Shown here: positions 49,796 through 63,184 of the stretch, in pieces
Layout: each line of letters opens with the position of its first letter
Numbering within the stretch: position 1 is the first letter of the stretch
Assembly (NCBI RefSeq): GCF_963921235.1
Contig: NC_086115.1
Span: 39,370,001 to 39,434,000, forward strand
From: Mobula hypostoma
Taxonomy: Eukaryota
Length of the DNA: 64,000 nt
Direction: 5' to 3'
The notes under the pieces: model-generated
The model's database searches: none
The model's input: only the letters and a program-made list of their open reading frames with translations
What the model was told of the DNA's origin: nothing
Position numbers and translations under genes: made by a program

Positions 49796-51093
49796 TAGTA
49801 AGTAAATTGAAACAGATAAAATAATAGCTGGTTTCATTGCTCATTCTGCCCAGAACAGCACTTTAGTGAAAGCAGTTGTGAACAAGCAGCATCAAGTTAA
49901 ATAGCTTCCTCCTTTTGGGAAGTGAGTAAATCAGCACCACCTAACTATTCATCAGAACAATCACAAGACATTTGACATTATTAATATTACAAAAAACAGT
50001 AAAGCTGGTGGAATATATGGTATTGCTTTAAATTCCAAATTCATCTTCCTTCTCATGGCTTACAGACTTCCCTCCTCCTCCCTCCCTACCCCAAATCTTT
50101 TCTCTCCAAAGCTCAAACTAAAAGGACTTAAACGTGAAGGAATTACGGAAGTGCATTCCAGAAAGAATCCAATCTTACCTAGTAAAAACAATTAAGGAAC
50201 AATAGTTTGTTTTTAGTTCAGTCAGTATTTTAGGAATTATAGTTCTGTTACTTTACTGCCATCACTATTTTGGTAAGATAAAATGAGATACAGGTTTGCA
50301 TGGTGCACTTGGAGAGCAGATTTGTGGATGTATATTTACATCACCATTCCCATCACAGATTCTTTAAGACATACAACTGATGGTGAAGTAGCTATTTTCT
50401 GAACGGGTTTAAAAAAGTTGTGCAATTTCACCGATCCACGGCAATTTATCGTTCTGCTTCTGCAAAGTTTTCAGTTCCAGCTGCTTTAGGAGCTGAGCAT
50501 ATGGCAAGAGAAGTCTCCCCAGACTGAATGAAAATATCCTTAAAAAATTCATGAGAATAATTCCCTTTGACAATAAGAGGTTGTTGATTCTGCTTTCAAA
50601 ATGTATGTGGGCAGTTTTGCTGTTGACAATTTAATGCAGAGATCTCCAATAGTAGGATCCATATAAAGTGGGCAATGCTGGATAATGAGGCCCAGTAGAA
50701 GCTGCAGGCAGAAAAAGGCAGCAGGTATAAAAAGGACAATGGAATTAGCAGGATCATTATTGTTCATGCCAGTGGCATTTTGGAGCAGTTCCTTCAATGT
50801 CTGAGCTCATCAGGAGCACCTTAGGGAATATCCTTACAGGATTCTCATTATTGTGCTTCCTGCTATCCAAAGACCTAAAATCAAGGCCAGATCAGGGTGG
50901 AGACACTGACTCGGAAGGTGCAGCAGCAGAGATACTTGTGAAGCCAGGATGTACCTGGCACTCAACCTGATGCATTTAGCCTGAGCTCCCCTTGAAGCAA
51001 TAGTGAGTAACTCAGAAAGAAGAGGCTAAAAAATGTAATTCCCTTGATCTATCCCCCTTTTTTTTCTCTAATGCATCGAAGCACACATGCATA

Positions 51094-52668
51094 CAGTGGC
51101 ATGCAAAAGTTTGGGCACCCCTGGTCAAAATTTCTGTTACTGTGAATAGTTAAGTGAGTAGAAGATGAACTGATCTCCAAAAGTCATAAAGTTAAAGATG
51201 AAACATTCTTTTCAACATTTTAAGCCAGATTATTATATTATTTTTGTTTTGTACGATCTTAGAGTGAAAAAAAGGGAAGGATAACTATGCAAAAGTTTGG
51301 GCACCCCAAGAGATTTGAGCTCTCAGATAACTTTTACCAAGGTCTCAGACCTTAATTAACTTGTTAGGGCTATGCCTTGTTCACAGTCATTGTTAGGAAA
51401 GGCCAGGTGATGCAAATTTCAAAGCTTTTTAAATACCCTGACTCCTCAAACCTTGTCCCAATAATCAGCAGCCATGGGCTCCTCTAAGCAGCTGCCCAGC
51501 ACTCTGAAAATTAAAATAATTAATGCTCACAAAGCAGGAGAAGGCTATAAGAAGATAGAAAAGCGTTTTCAGGTTGCCATTTCCTCAGTTCATAATGTCA
51601 TTAAGAAATGGCAGTTAACAGGAATGGTGGAGGACAAGTGGAGATCTGGAAGACCAAGAAAACTTTCCAAGAGAACTGCTTGTAGGATTGCTAGAAAGGC
51701 AAATCAAAGCCCCCGTTTGACTGCAAAAGACCTTCAGGAAGATTTAGCAGACTCTGGAGTGGTGGTGCACTGTTCTACTGTGTAGCGACACCTGCACAAA
51801 TATGACCTTCATGGAAGAGTCATCAGAAGAAAACCGTTCCTGCGTCCTCACCTCAAAATTCAGCGTCAGAGGTTTGCAAAGGAATATCTAAAGAAGCCTG
51901 ATGCATTTTGGAAACAAGTCCTGTGGACTGATGAAGTTAAAATAGAACTTTTTGGCCGCAGTGAGCAAAAGTATGTTTAGAGAAAAAAGGGTGCAGAATT
52001 TCATGAAAAGAACACCTCTCCAACTGTTAAGCACAGGGGTGGATCGATCATGCTTTGGGCCTGTGTTGCAGCCAGTGGCACGGGGAATATTTCACTGGTA
52101 GAGGGAAGAATGAATTCAATTAAATACTAGCAAATTCTGGAAACAAACATCACACCTTCTGTAAAAAAGCTGAAGATGAAAAGAGGATGGCTTCTACAAC
52201 AGAATGATGATCCTAAACACACCTTGAAATCCACAATGGACTACCTCAAGAGGCGCAAGCATCATCGACGTAAACATCATTGAAAATCTGTGGATAGACC
52301 TCAAAAGAGCAGTGCATGCAAGACGGCCCAAGAATCTCACAGAACTAGAAGCCTTTTGCAAGGAAGAATGGGCGAAAATCCCCCAAACAAGAATTGAAAG
52401 CGTTTACAAGCTGTGATACTTGCCAAAGGGGGTGTTACTAAGTACTGACCATGCAGGGTGCCCAAACATTTGCTTTGGGCTCTTTTCCTTTTTTGTTATT
52501 TTGAAACTGTAAAAGATGGAAATAAAAAAGTAATCTCGCTTAAAATATTAAAGAAATGTGAAATCTTTAACTTTATGCCTTTTGGAAATCTGGTCATCTT
52601 TTACTCACTTAGCTATTCATAGTAACAGAAATTTTGACCAGGGGTGCCCAAACTTTTGTATGCCACTG
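51094..52668 (+). mobile_element. Near full-length (1575 bp) Tc1/mariner transposon, defective
   Basis: TA TSD (51092-51093, 52669-52670); TIR CAGTGGCATGCAAAAGTTTGGGCACCCC; ORF from 51474 with GRPRK, WTDE, QQNDDPKH, IENLW; nonsense codons and a deletion between D2 and E. Confidence 0.96.
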
Positions 52669-54239
52669 TATATTCTCAACAGTGCTTCCTCCTCAGTATT
52701 TTGTAACGTGCAATCCCCAGTCCATGGGCAGCCAGTGGAAAGAGTAAGTGTGCTGTCACGCTTCAAGGTTTAAGCGAGAAATGGTTGTAATTCAAGAGGG
52801 AAATTAAGTACCGAAACTGCTGGAACCGAACAAAGGAGAGAACTCGTATGGGAATTCTTGAAACTTGCAGGAAGAACAGACTGTGTGAAGCAAAGGCAGC
52901 TTCGGAGAGCAGGAATCAACAGCAGAGTTTCCTGTGGCACCCGGCTTACTACTGGATCTGAGAACAGCAAGACCCATTGGAAGCTGGTTCAGAAATTATA
53001 GAGATGTGTTGCCTTGGCAACCACTACAAATTTTAGCACTTCAAAGAGCGCCGCAGAAGTTTAATGAGGTCACAATGTTGTGTATAGTAAATGGAGACTG
53101 TTTTGCATTCACAGCCTGTGTGAATGATCAGGTCATGATCTGCTCACTTGCATGTCTGGACCAATAATTGACTTATTCATTTTGTATTGTGTGCAATTAG
53201 TATCAGTTCACATCATACACATTCACCTCTTGCCCAGATACAAGCATTAGTGCAATGCATAGTAAATACCATTCCATTCTATTTTTTTTATGGTTTACTC
53301 TAGAAGGAAAGAAAATTGAGAAGTAATTATTTGTTCGGAGAGTTACCATTTTTTTGTTTGTTAATGTGGTCCTGAAGTGATTGAACCTCTGGAGGGTGTA
53401 GTTCTAGAAGAGAGGATTGGAAAGTGTAGTTCTGCTGATGCATCTCTCGTATGAAAACACACGCACGTGCACACACGCATGCAAAATGATTTGAATGTGT
53501 CAACCGTCGTAGAAGTTCCCATAATCAGAGACAAGGAAACATTCTTTAAGTCATGACTGATGCTTCAGACAGAAGTTCAAACTGTCCAGGAAGCTGTCAG
53601 CAGATATTTCTTATGCCATTTAACTGATATTATGGGTAGCTTGACTCATATTTCAGAACTATATAGAAAACATGTTACACACAGCAACTTCCTGGCTTTA
53701 TTATATTGATGCTGCAAAGGAAGAGTCAGATACCAAGAAATCCATCATAACTGGCTGCGCATACATGCAAAATAATTGTATTACTCTCCAGATTTAATTC
53801 CATTCAGATGAGGTGCTCCTGACTAGGGGTGAGTTTCACAGGCAGTTTATAGCAAATCTGGCATGGAAATTTGATTTGGGGGTTGGTGCTGTAATGGCAC
53901 CACGTTATCAATTATTAATCAGGCTGCTCCATTGTACTCCCGTAATCAGGAGCAGACGATAGGTGTGGCTTCTGTGAGTAGGACTTGATAGGTCTTGTTA
54001 AGGGGAGTGTTGTCAGTTAGTATCAGCAATAAACATATGCTTAGTATTATTGTACACTGGTGCTCAACAATAGTAGACATTCCCAAAAGTACCATACCTC
54101 AATATCATACATTAATAGACCTGTGGACACCTACACAGCATCCCAACGTTACATAGTTACAGACCTCTGCTGATCTATTCTGTACCCCATGTAATTTAGT
54201 GACAGTTCTGTACTGTACTCCTGTGATATGCGGTGATTG

Positions 54240-54430
54240 TCTTGGAACAGTTTCTCCCCTCTGCCATCAGATTTATGAAGGGTCCATGAACAATATCTCT
54301 TTTGCACTATATATTTATTTATTATTGTAACTTTGAGTAACTTTCATATGTTTTGCACTGTACTGTTGCCACAGAATAATAAATTTCATGACAAATGTCA
54401 GTGATTATAAACCCGATTCTGTTCTGACCC
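54240..54430 (+). mobile_element. LINE (Rex1/L2-like) 3' UTR tail
   Basis: aacagtttctcccctctgccatcag...gtcagtgattataaacccgattctg, related to the tails at ~33060 and ~34335. Confidence 0.55.
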
Positions 54431-54960
54431 TGTGTGACGCAATGGCAGAGCCGTGGCAGTCAGTGGATTCTGGGGACGGAGGCAGACATTGAACAGGTCC
54501 CAGATTTGGCCGGCTCCATTAACTCAAGCATGGCACTGTGTGGGGCCAAGGGACCCAATCCCAATATAGGCTAGCCCCAGGGGACCTAGCGCTGGCTTTA
54601 GGTGGGGACTGATAGTCACACACTTCCAGCATTAGTGGAAACACAGTGCCAGTATTAGTTGGGGTTCAGAGACCCTGACCCAACATTGAGTTGGCTTCAG
54701 GGACCAGGTCCTGGCACGGGGTGCGCCCCAGGTAGCAGATCCCAAGATTAGGTGGGCCACGAGAGTGCAATCTTGTAATCTCAGCAGCCACAGAGACCAG
54801 GACTCAAGAAAGTTGTGGTTCAAAGAGAGGCAGGTACAGGATCTAGGCTGGCATTGCAGCAGTGAATAAGCTTCAAAAATACATAACTTCTTCCAAGGTA
54901 GTTTTGAATGTTCTAATACAATGAATGACACCATCTAGCCTTCCTTTATTTAATATTTGT

Positions 54961-55255
54961 GTCACATGGCCAAGTGGTTAAGGCATTGGACTAGTGACCT
55001 GAAGGTCGTGAGTTCGAGCCCCAGCTGAGGCAACGTGCTGGGTCCTTGAGCAAGGCATTTAATCACACATTGCTCTGCGACGACACTGGTGCCAAGCTGT
55101 ATGGGTCCTAATGCCCTTCCCTTGGACAACATTGGTGTCGTAGAGAGGGGAGACTTGCAGCATGGGCAATTGCTGGTCTTCCATACAACCTTGCCCTGGA
55201 GAGTGAAGACTTTCCAGGCACAGATCCACGGTCTCACAAGACTAACGAATGCCTT
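54961..55255 (+). mobile_element. tRNA-derived SINE with CORE-like segment
   Basis: A box TGGCCAAGTGG, B box GAGTTCGAGCC, tccttgagcaaggcatttaa core-like motif. Confidence 0.75.
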
Positions 55256-55319
55256 TATTTTTATGTTTTTATGTGTCTGATAAGCAGCAATTCACAAGAA
55301 AAACAAATTAAACTTAAAT

Positions 55320-55795
55320 TATAATATACACTTTTTACAAGAAAGAACATAATTAGAACAAAACAAAACAAAGACCACTTTAATGCAAAGTTGTTGCGGT
55401 GTTGCTATACTGAGGTAGTGATCAGGGTTGTGCCAGACTGTATGGTTGAATGGAAGTAGCTGTTCTTGAATCTGGTGGTGTGGTACTTCAGGCTTCTGCA
55501 CCTTCTGTCCAATGGAAGCTGTGAGAAGATGGCATGGGCCATCTTTGATAACGGATGTTGCCTTCTTAAGGCAATGCCTCTTGTAGATACTAGCAATGGT
55601 GGGTAGGGATATGCCCTGATGTACTGTGGCTGAGTCCATGACCCACTGTAGCTTCTTACTTTCCTGAACGTTTGATGATACAACCAGTCAGAATAGTTTC
55701 AAAAGTACACCTATAGAAGCTTGTTAGAGTCTCCGGTGTCAATTCAAACCTCCCTAACCTCCTAAGAAAGTAAAGATGTAGGCCTGCCTTCCTTG
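55320..55795 (-). mobile_element. Rex1/Babar LINE 3' fragment
   Basis: LYFLRRLGRFELTPETLTSFYRCTFETILTGCI; RSLKYHTTRFKNSY. Confidence 0.85.
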
Positions 55796-56904
55796 CGATA
55801 GTAAAATAAATAAAAATAAAGTGACTTGGGAACATTTGGTTGTGCTGGTGGAATTTTTTCAATGTCTGCTCCCAGGCAGGTCAGAATGCTGATCAAAATG
55901 CCTGAAAAATATTCAGCAATTTGTGAAGGAAAGACAAGATTTCAAGCAGTGCATTTTGTCAGAATCCAAGTAACTTGAAGAGGAACATATGGATGATGGT
56001 TTTTCCTAATCGTTAGAAAGAAATCTAATTAATTAGCATAATTAAACCCAGCAGTAAAATGAGAAGTAATTGTTGTTCCTTTTTTCTGGTATACACGTGA
56101 TTTTATTTTTCAGAAGATAACAAATACTGGAGATACTGATCTACCTGTCTGGCTCCTTTTTATTGTCAAATGAGTCAGTTAGCTGAATGATATTCTTAAT
56201 AGACATTAAACATTACAATTCTACACCCCTGTATTATTCATGTTAAGTACCCCAGATGTATGGAAATTGAAAAATAATTTTCCAAGTATTGTGTTACCAA
56301 CAGTAATGAACTTGGAATAAAAGGGGTGTATTAATTCATTGTTATTCCAAAGCAATTTTAGTTTCAAGTCTGTTGGATAAAATGTCTCTATAGGTCATCA
56401 TGGAAACAATAATTACTTCTTGGATTGTCAAGTGTGGTTAACTACTTTCTATTAGAATGCAAAGGGATCCTTTCAGTGGGTGATCGAAAATCCATCATAT
56501 CTGAGCAAGAGATTGTCATGAGGTTGTTTTGCCAATTAGGTTTTTCTGAAATTGCTTGGCTTCAGTCATAACTGACAAATGATCACAACTGTTTCTACAT
56601 TTGTGAAAGTAGATGAACTATCACAATGTGCATCCTTAAGAAGAGAGAAGCTTCAAAAATGAGCAATTTACATTCTTCTTTTGAACAAAGTGTCAACAAA
56701 GTTCTTTAATCAAAAATATAAAGTTTTGGAAAAGATTTAGAAGGAAGCAATGTTTCAGGTTCATCACATTTCATTAGAACGAGAAGCTGTGCTGCTGAGT
56801 ATTTCCAACCGCCCCCCCCCAGTTACTGATTTCTTTTCATATTTCTATGATCAGTAATAATTTATGTTTGAATTGAAGCTTACAGTAATAGTCACAAAAT
56901 ATTC

Positions 56905-58220
56905 CTTCTCCTTCAGCCCTTTAACCTCTGACCTCTCAGCTTCTCACTTTCCCCCTCCCCATCCACCCACCTTCCCCCTCCCCCATCCACCCACCCACTT
57001 TCCCCCTCCCCATCCACCCACCTTCCCCTCCCCATCCACCTACTTTCCCCCTCCCCCATCCACTCACCTTCCCCCTCCCCCACCCACCCACCTTCCCCTC
57101 CCCATCCACCCACCTTCCCCCTCCCCCATCCACCCACTCTCCCCCTCTGCCATCCACCCACCTTCCCCTCCCCATCCACCCACCTTCCCCCTCCCCATCC
57201 ACCCACCCACCTTCCCCCTCCCCCATCCACCCACCTTCCCCCTCCCCATCCACCCACCTTCCCCCTCCCCATCCACTCACCTTCCCCCTCCTCCCATCCA
57301 CCCACCTTCCCCCTCCTCCCATCCACCCACCTTCCCCTCCCCATCCACTGACCTTCCCCCTCCCCATCCACCCACCTTCCCACCTTCCCCACCCCCATCC
57401 GCCCACCCACTTTCCCCCACCCCCATCCACCCACCTTTGCCCTCCCCACCCACCTACCTTTTCCCTCCCCATCCACCTACCTTCCCCCTCCTCCATCCAC
57501 CCACCTTCCCCCCATCGACCCACCTCCCCCCTCCCCCATCGACTCACCTCCCCCTCCCCCATCCACCCACTTTCCCCCTCCCCCATTCACCCACTTTCCC
57601 CCTCCCCATCCACCCACTTTCCCCCTCCCCATCCACCGACCTTCCCCCTCCCCCATCCACTCAATCTCTGCCTCTCCAATCCACCCACCTTCTCCTTCCC
57701 ATCCACTGACCTTCCCCCTCCCCCATCCACCCACCCACTTTCCCCCTCTCCCATCCACCCACTTTCCCCTCCCCCATCCACCTACTTTCCCCCTCCCCCA
57801 TCCACTCACCTTCCCCCTCCCCCATCCACCCACCTTCCCCACTCCCATCCACCCACCTTCCCCCTCCATCCACCCACCTTCCCCCCTCCATCCACCCACC
57901 TTCCTCCTCTCCATCCACCCACCTTCCCCCTCCCCCACCCACCCACCTTGCCCCTCCCCCATCCACCCACCTTCCCCCACCTCCCATCCACCCACTTTCC
58001 CCTCCCCCCATCCATCCAACTTCCCTCTCCCCATCCACCTACTTTCCCCCTCTCCTGGCTTCACCTATCACCTGCCAGCTTGTATTTCTTCCTATCGCCC
58101 CACCTTCTTATTCTGGCCTCTTCCCCATTCCTTTCCGGTCCGATGAAGGGTCTTTACCTGAAATGTTGATTGTTTATCCCTCTCCACAAATGCTGCCTGA
58201 CCTGTCCAGCATTTTGTGTT
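56905..58220 (+). mobile_element. Penelope pseudo-LTR hosting the minisatellite; degenerate hammerhead at ~58135-58172
   Basis: Flanks cagcccttta... and cctggcttcacctatcacc...cctttccggtccgatgaagggtc match the reverse complement of 44720-44890. Confidence 0.7.
56948..58050. repeat. ~1.1-kb C-rich minisatellite, unit ~CCATCCACCCACCTTCCCCCTCC (22-28 nt)
   Basis: Direct inspection; top strand almost without G; it produces the Pro-rich and Gly/Trp-rich pseudo-ORFs in the track. Confidence 0.97.
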
Positions 58221-61148
58221 TGATATATTAAAAATATTTTTACTAAATTTTGAATACAAGGATGTACAACAGGAAAATGGTACGTTAGTATACAAAGATG
58301 AAATCTTGAAAATGCTGGCAAGCCTGCATTCCAAATACCTTAGCTATTGTCCGGCACATTTATGCCCACAAATCTCCGAGCAGTTTGGGTAGATTTTACG
58401 TAGGCTTTAATAGATCACTGGATGTTAGAAATGCTTTAATCAGCAAATTTTTACAGGATACTAAAATGAATTTCACCCATCTACCAAAAGTGAATAATTA
58501 CAGAGGGAAACTTTTGGCACCATTAAATGTAACCCAGATATTTTGTGGCAAGATTGACCAACGGAATCCAAGATAAAATATCATATGTTAAAATTGTTCA
58601 TCTGCTGACATTTAATGTATAAGGATATCAATCTTAAACTAAGTCAGAGATTTCTGTTCTTCCATTTAAAAAAAAGTCAACTTTTATTCAAGAGATGTAT
58701 GACAGCAAAAATCGAATTAAAGAAGGTAACTTGTTATCAGAGTATACAAAAAGGCATGAGCCACATCACACAGCATAGCATCACGGACATTGGCATCAAA
58801 TAAAATCTCCGAGAAATTGGTATCTTTCTGTTTCTGTGTAGGAGACAATGGGGAATATGTTATTCTTTGCTGACACATATGTAAGCAGGGGTGTAAACTA
58901 CATTTCCACTTTTGCTATAAAAATGTGCCTGCTGCAGGGGAAAAATTCCTGAATTGCATATTGTGAAAGGACTTAACGAGGTCTTAAAATACCTCATGGC
59001 AGTGTGATGTTATAGTAGGAAAGTCAGTGGAATTTAAGTTTGAAGTTACAAATCTCTCATATGCAGCAGTTGTGATCTTAATGTTACTGCAAGGAAAGTG
59101 GTTAAAACCCAAAGCCAGGCTATTGGTCCATAAGAGCAGAGAGAAGATCAGTCCAGTTTGAGAGCCATCATACAGAGATTTGACAGTGTATAATCCTGCT
59201 AGACTCTGAGCTGAAAGAAGATTTCTAGTTAATAAGGGGAGGAAAAAAGCCTTAAGAATGGATGCTTAAATATTGTTAATGGGATATAAAAATCTTGATA
59301 GTGTTGTTCCATACTACAAATGAAAAAGAAATGTTTAGCCTAACAAATGATGAAATTAGTAGGCAAGCTAAATGCTTACTGTAGGAATTTGGAAAGTAAA
59401 TGCAGGGCAATTATGCAAACTATTTAAATGTTGATAGAACCTTGCATTTTAATTAATGTTGAGAGCAAATTCACCTATTCAATTGGAAATTAGTTGGGTT
59501 TATGAAAATTAAATGACTTACTGACCAGAAATGAAACCATTTGACCTTTAGTAAATCAAAATGAACTTCCGCAGATTGGAATAAAAAATTGATATGAAAA
59601 GATTCTATTAAGATGCAAGTGCCTTTTTGAAGAACATATTATGCTGAAAGAATTTTTAATATGTTGAAGGGAAGTTGTTGATAAAATATTTACTGAAACT
59701 GTACTTTGGAACTGTTGGAGAAAAGAATGTCTTAAACAAGGAAGTAACTTAATAATTTTACAGGCTTGGAAATGATAAAGGTGATACATAATATATTTCT
59801 GCAAAGCAAGGACTAACTTGGAACCCTACCTCCAGTCTAGTTAGAGGTTTATTTTTTTCTGTTTTTTTTCCCTCTCATACCACACGGTTGCAGCTGCTCA
59901 TAGTTTGACCCCACATGGAATTTTCTAAGCTGGCTCTAATTAATTGTTTATAAACGTTAAACGATTTCCAATAGATGCTCCTTATTGGTAAGCCAACACT
60001 GGGGAAAACAACTGAAATTGTGATAAGCAATTATATCTAAAGCAATGTGGGTGTCTTCAATATATAAGACTGGTGGTCAGTCGTAGAGTCTTACAGGCCT
60101 TAACATATCTTTGTATGCTTATCAATTCTGTTCCAGTTTGGTAGCACTTTCTTCATACCCTGCTAGCCTTGCCAATTCATTGCTCATCCAGGTGCTATTA
60201 AGTGTTTTAATAGTACCAACCTGCCTTTACTACCCATCAAAGGTAGCGCATCCCTGATTGCAAGCACCCTCTGGATGTAAAAAAAAATCCTTCCGATTCC
60301 CTCAAAATCTCCAGCTCCTCATTTTAAAGTTATTTCTTCTGGTTTTAGACAGAACAGCTGTGGAGAAAAACATTCTCAGTCTTATTTTTAGGCCACCGAG
60401 CCCTAACCTAATCAAAGAGATAATCCGTGCCAGCTAGGGCTGATTAAGTAGCACTCCAATGCAAAAACACATGAAACTGCATAATATTCTCTATCTTCCC
60501 TTTCAAATATTTCTTCAGTCACTGGTCAAGGATGCATAAAGAAACTCAGAACAAGTGTATTAAGTGTATTGATTTGGGGTGGGGGGGTGGAAATAAGAGA
60601 CTACAGATGCTGGAATGTGGAGCAGCAAACAATCTGCTGGAAGAACTCAACAGGTTGAGCAGTATCTGTGGGAGGAATGGAATTGCCCTTTCAGGCTGAA
60701 ATTCTGTTGCCTGTTTCCCAAATTTATGCTTGTTGACAAGGTTTCCATTTGATTTTAAGGGAAGTAAGTTAGTTTCCTTCTAATCATCTAATCAGGGTGA
60801 AATTGACACAATCACCTGTCAGAAAACTTCTGCCTCATGTCTCTAGGAGTCCAGTCAAACAACAGTGGTTGCAATCTATTGCCATCAGCAAAACACCAGG
60901 AATAAATGGGAAAATAAGATTAAGCCCCAATTTTCAGCGCTGAGTTGTGACACAGTTGTCAGGGAACAATTGGAAAGCATGCTACAATTAGAAGTCAGTA
61001 TCCTGAACTTTAATTTTTTTTATCTCTGCCTGATAGGCGGAGTATATTTTATATTTTCTGTGATTGTTTGATACAGATTGTTTGCATGTAATGCTTCAGA
61101 GCAAAGGTAGGATATGCCAAATGACTCACAGCAAAGTGATGGCGTGTC

Positions 61149-61714
61149 TGTTAAACGCTGCTGGTTTCCTTGGCTGCGTAGGTCAAAGGAATACGCACTC
61201 CGGCCCCGCCAAACCCATGAGATTGTGATGGCTCTCCCAGCCCAAACCTTGGTTTGTGTGGATGCTGTGTAATTTGCTACCCTGTTACAATTCAGTGCCA
61301 AGGAACAACAGACAGCATATTGCATATGATTAAAGGAATTATATTTATGAATCTTAACTTAACTAAAGGGCTTGTAAAGAAAAGAAAGAAAAAAAGAAAA
61401 AGGGCCCATTATAACTCTTCCCAAAGTTCATATTCACTGATCCTCAGTCGATCTTGGCTCCTGAGTCCATCGAATCATGGTCCTCCACCAGGTCAAATTG
61501 TACGACTGGTTCTCTCTAACCTCTTCTTTCTTCATCTCTGCCGAACAAAAAAACCCCAAGACTAACCTTCCTAATTGGATGACACACATTCCTCAGCATC
61601 CCTCATCTTCAACGATAACCCAAACAGGCATAAAGCATAACAGACTACCCTTACAGAACTGCTAAAATGAAATACCTACAGCAAAGCAGTAAAAATGTGA
61701 GCCAGGGTGCTACA
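61149..61714. mobile_element. Putative solo LTR
   Basis: TG...CA termini and LTR-like composition; no TSD found. Confidence 0.3.
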
Positions 61715-62384
61715 TCTGCAAGAAGAGAGTAGCGAGATGGTTTCTAAATATAAATGTGCTGTCAATAGAGAAGAGCTGTGTGCTGGTGAATGTTGGGAGT
61801 TTGCTCAATGACGATCATGATAGTCAAACAATGGATGAAATCTTGCTTTAGCAGGGAACCTTGTGCTGTAAACATCATTTTTTCCCTGTAATTCTCAACT
61901 CACATGTAATTTGTCTCATGACTTGGAAGTACGTACTGATGGTGCTACCATGAATCCAGTTAGGGCTATGGGAACTCTGAGATAAAAAAATCCTGCAAAC
62001 TGCTTCTGTAACAGTTGTGAATTAAGGATTCACGGACAGAGGAAAAGTAATGATGAACTGTAGTGAAGTCAGGTGAATTAGAGAAAAATACTGGAAAAGT
62101 ACAAAAAAATTGCAGCTGAAAGCACATAATGTAAAAGCAGAAATGTTTGAGTTTCTTAAAATATAAAATTTACCAATAATTTCCACATTCAGCAATGTTG
62201 TTTCCCAGTTTTGATGATACACTTCCTAGAAGAGAAGTTGATTGGTTTCTGTGGTGAATTTAATTACCAATCAGGATGTTCTTAAGAATAAAGTGCATGT
62301 TAAGGTTGAGAAGTTCTGGAAATTCACTACCCATGTCACCCCTCTTCTTTGCTGAGGATGCCGACTGATTTAAACAGCATAGTC

Positions 62385-62820
62385 AAAATACAGGAGGAAC
62401 TCAACAGGTCAGACAACATCTTTGGAAGGAAATGAACAGTTGTTGTAGGCCAAGGCCATTCATCTGGTCTGGAGAGATCTGGTCTACTGTCCTTTCCTAT
62501 CAGATTCCTTCTTCTTTAGCCATCGCCTCTTCTACCTATCACATCCCAGGTTCTCACTTCATCCCTTTCCCCACTCCCCCACATTTCTTCCTTCTCCCCC
62601 TCACCTGGATGCATCTATTATCTACCAATTCCTGCTAGTGCCATACCCCAACCATTTTATTCTGGCTTCTACCTTTTTTTCTTTCAGTACTACTTAAGAG
62701 TCTTGTCTCGCAATATTGACTGTTCATTTCTTTCCACAGATGCTGCCTGACTTGTTGAGTTCCTCTAGTGTTTTGTGCATGTTGCTCCAGATTTCCAGTA
62801 TCTTCAGAATCTCTTCTGTC
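62385..62820. mobile_element. Old inverted Penelope pseudo-LTR pair
   Basis: ggaggaactcaacaggtcag (minus arm) and agatgctgcctgacttgttgagttcctctag..ccagatttccag (plus arm). Confidence 0.6.
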
Positions 62821-63184
62821 TTTATTAGGCTGATTCAAACATTATTTATGACCCGTGATAATGACCATGTATCTTATTTAGACCGATGCTAGCTCATGAA
62901 CTGTTGTCAATGTTGTCTTCCCAGCAACTTTGGGGATCTAGGCTATCTGCCAATCCTATTGTCCTTCCTCACTATTCTCACCCTCCTCTTAAAAGAAACA
63001 TTAAGTAAATTTTCTAATGGATTCATCCTTCTTTCTTGAGGGTCTGAGATGGCTTTCTAGAGGGATTTCACCCGAGTTAGTCTTAGCTGTAGAATTTCAA
63101 CAAGAATGTTAGAGAAAATAAACCTTGCATTATATAATGCCTTCAGGACCACATGAAGACCCAAGGGAGTATTGTTGTAATGTT

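Noticed and set aside
50549-50797. Hydrophobic 82-aa minus-strand ORF as a nested membrane-protein gene (e.g. OPALIN, the mammalian DNTT neighbour)
   Set aside because: No resemblance to OPALIN that I can see, non-ATG start, in-frame stops just upstream and no clear splice sites.
54961-55030. tRNA gene
   Set aside because: A and B boxes are present but there is no complete cloverleaf, and the sequence continues into SINE body.
56864-58064. Long Pro-rich and Gly/Trp-rich ORFs (up to 281 aa)
   Set aside because: They are translations of the minisatellite in several frames on both strands; no coding evidence.
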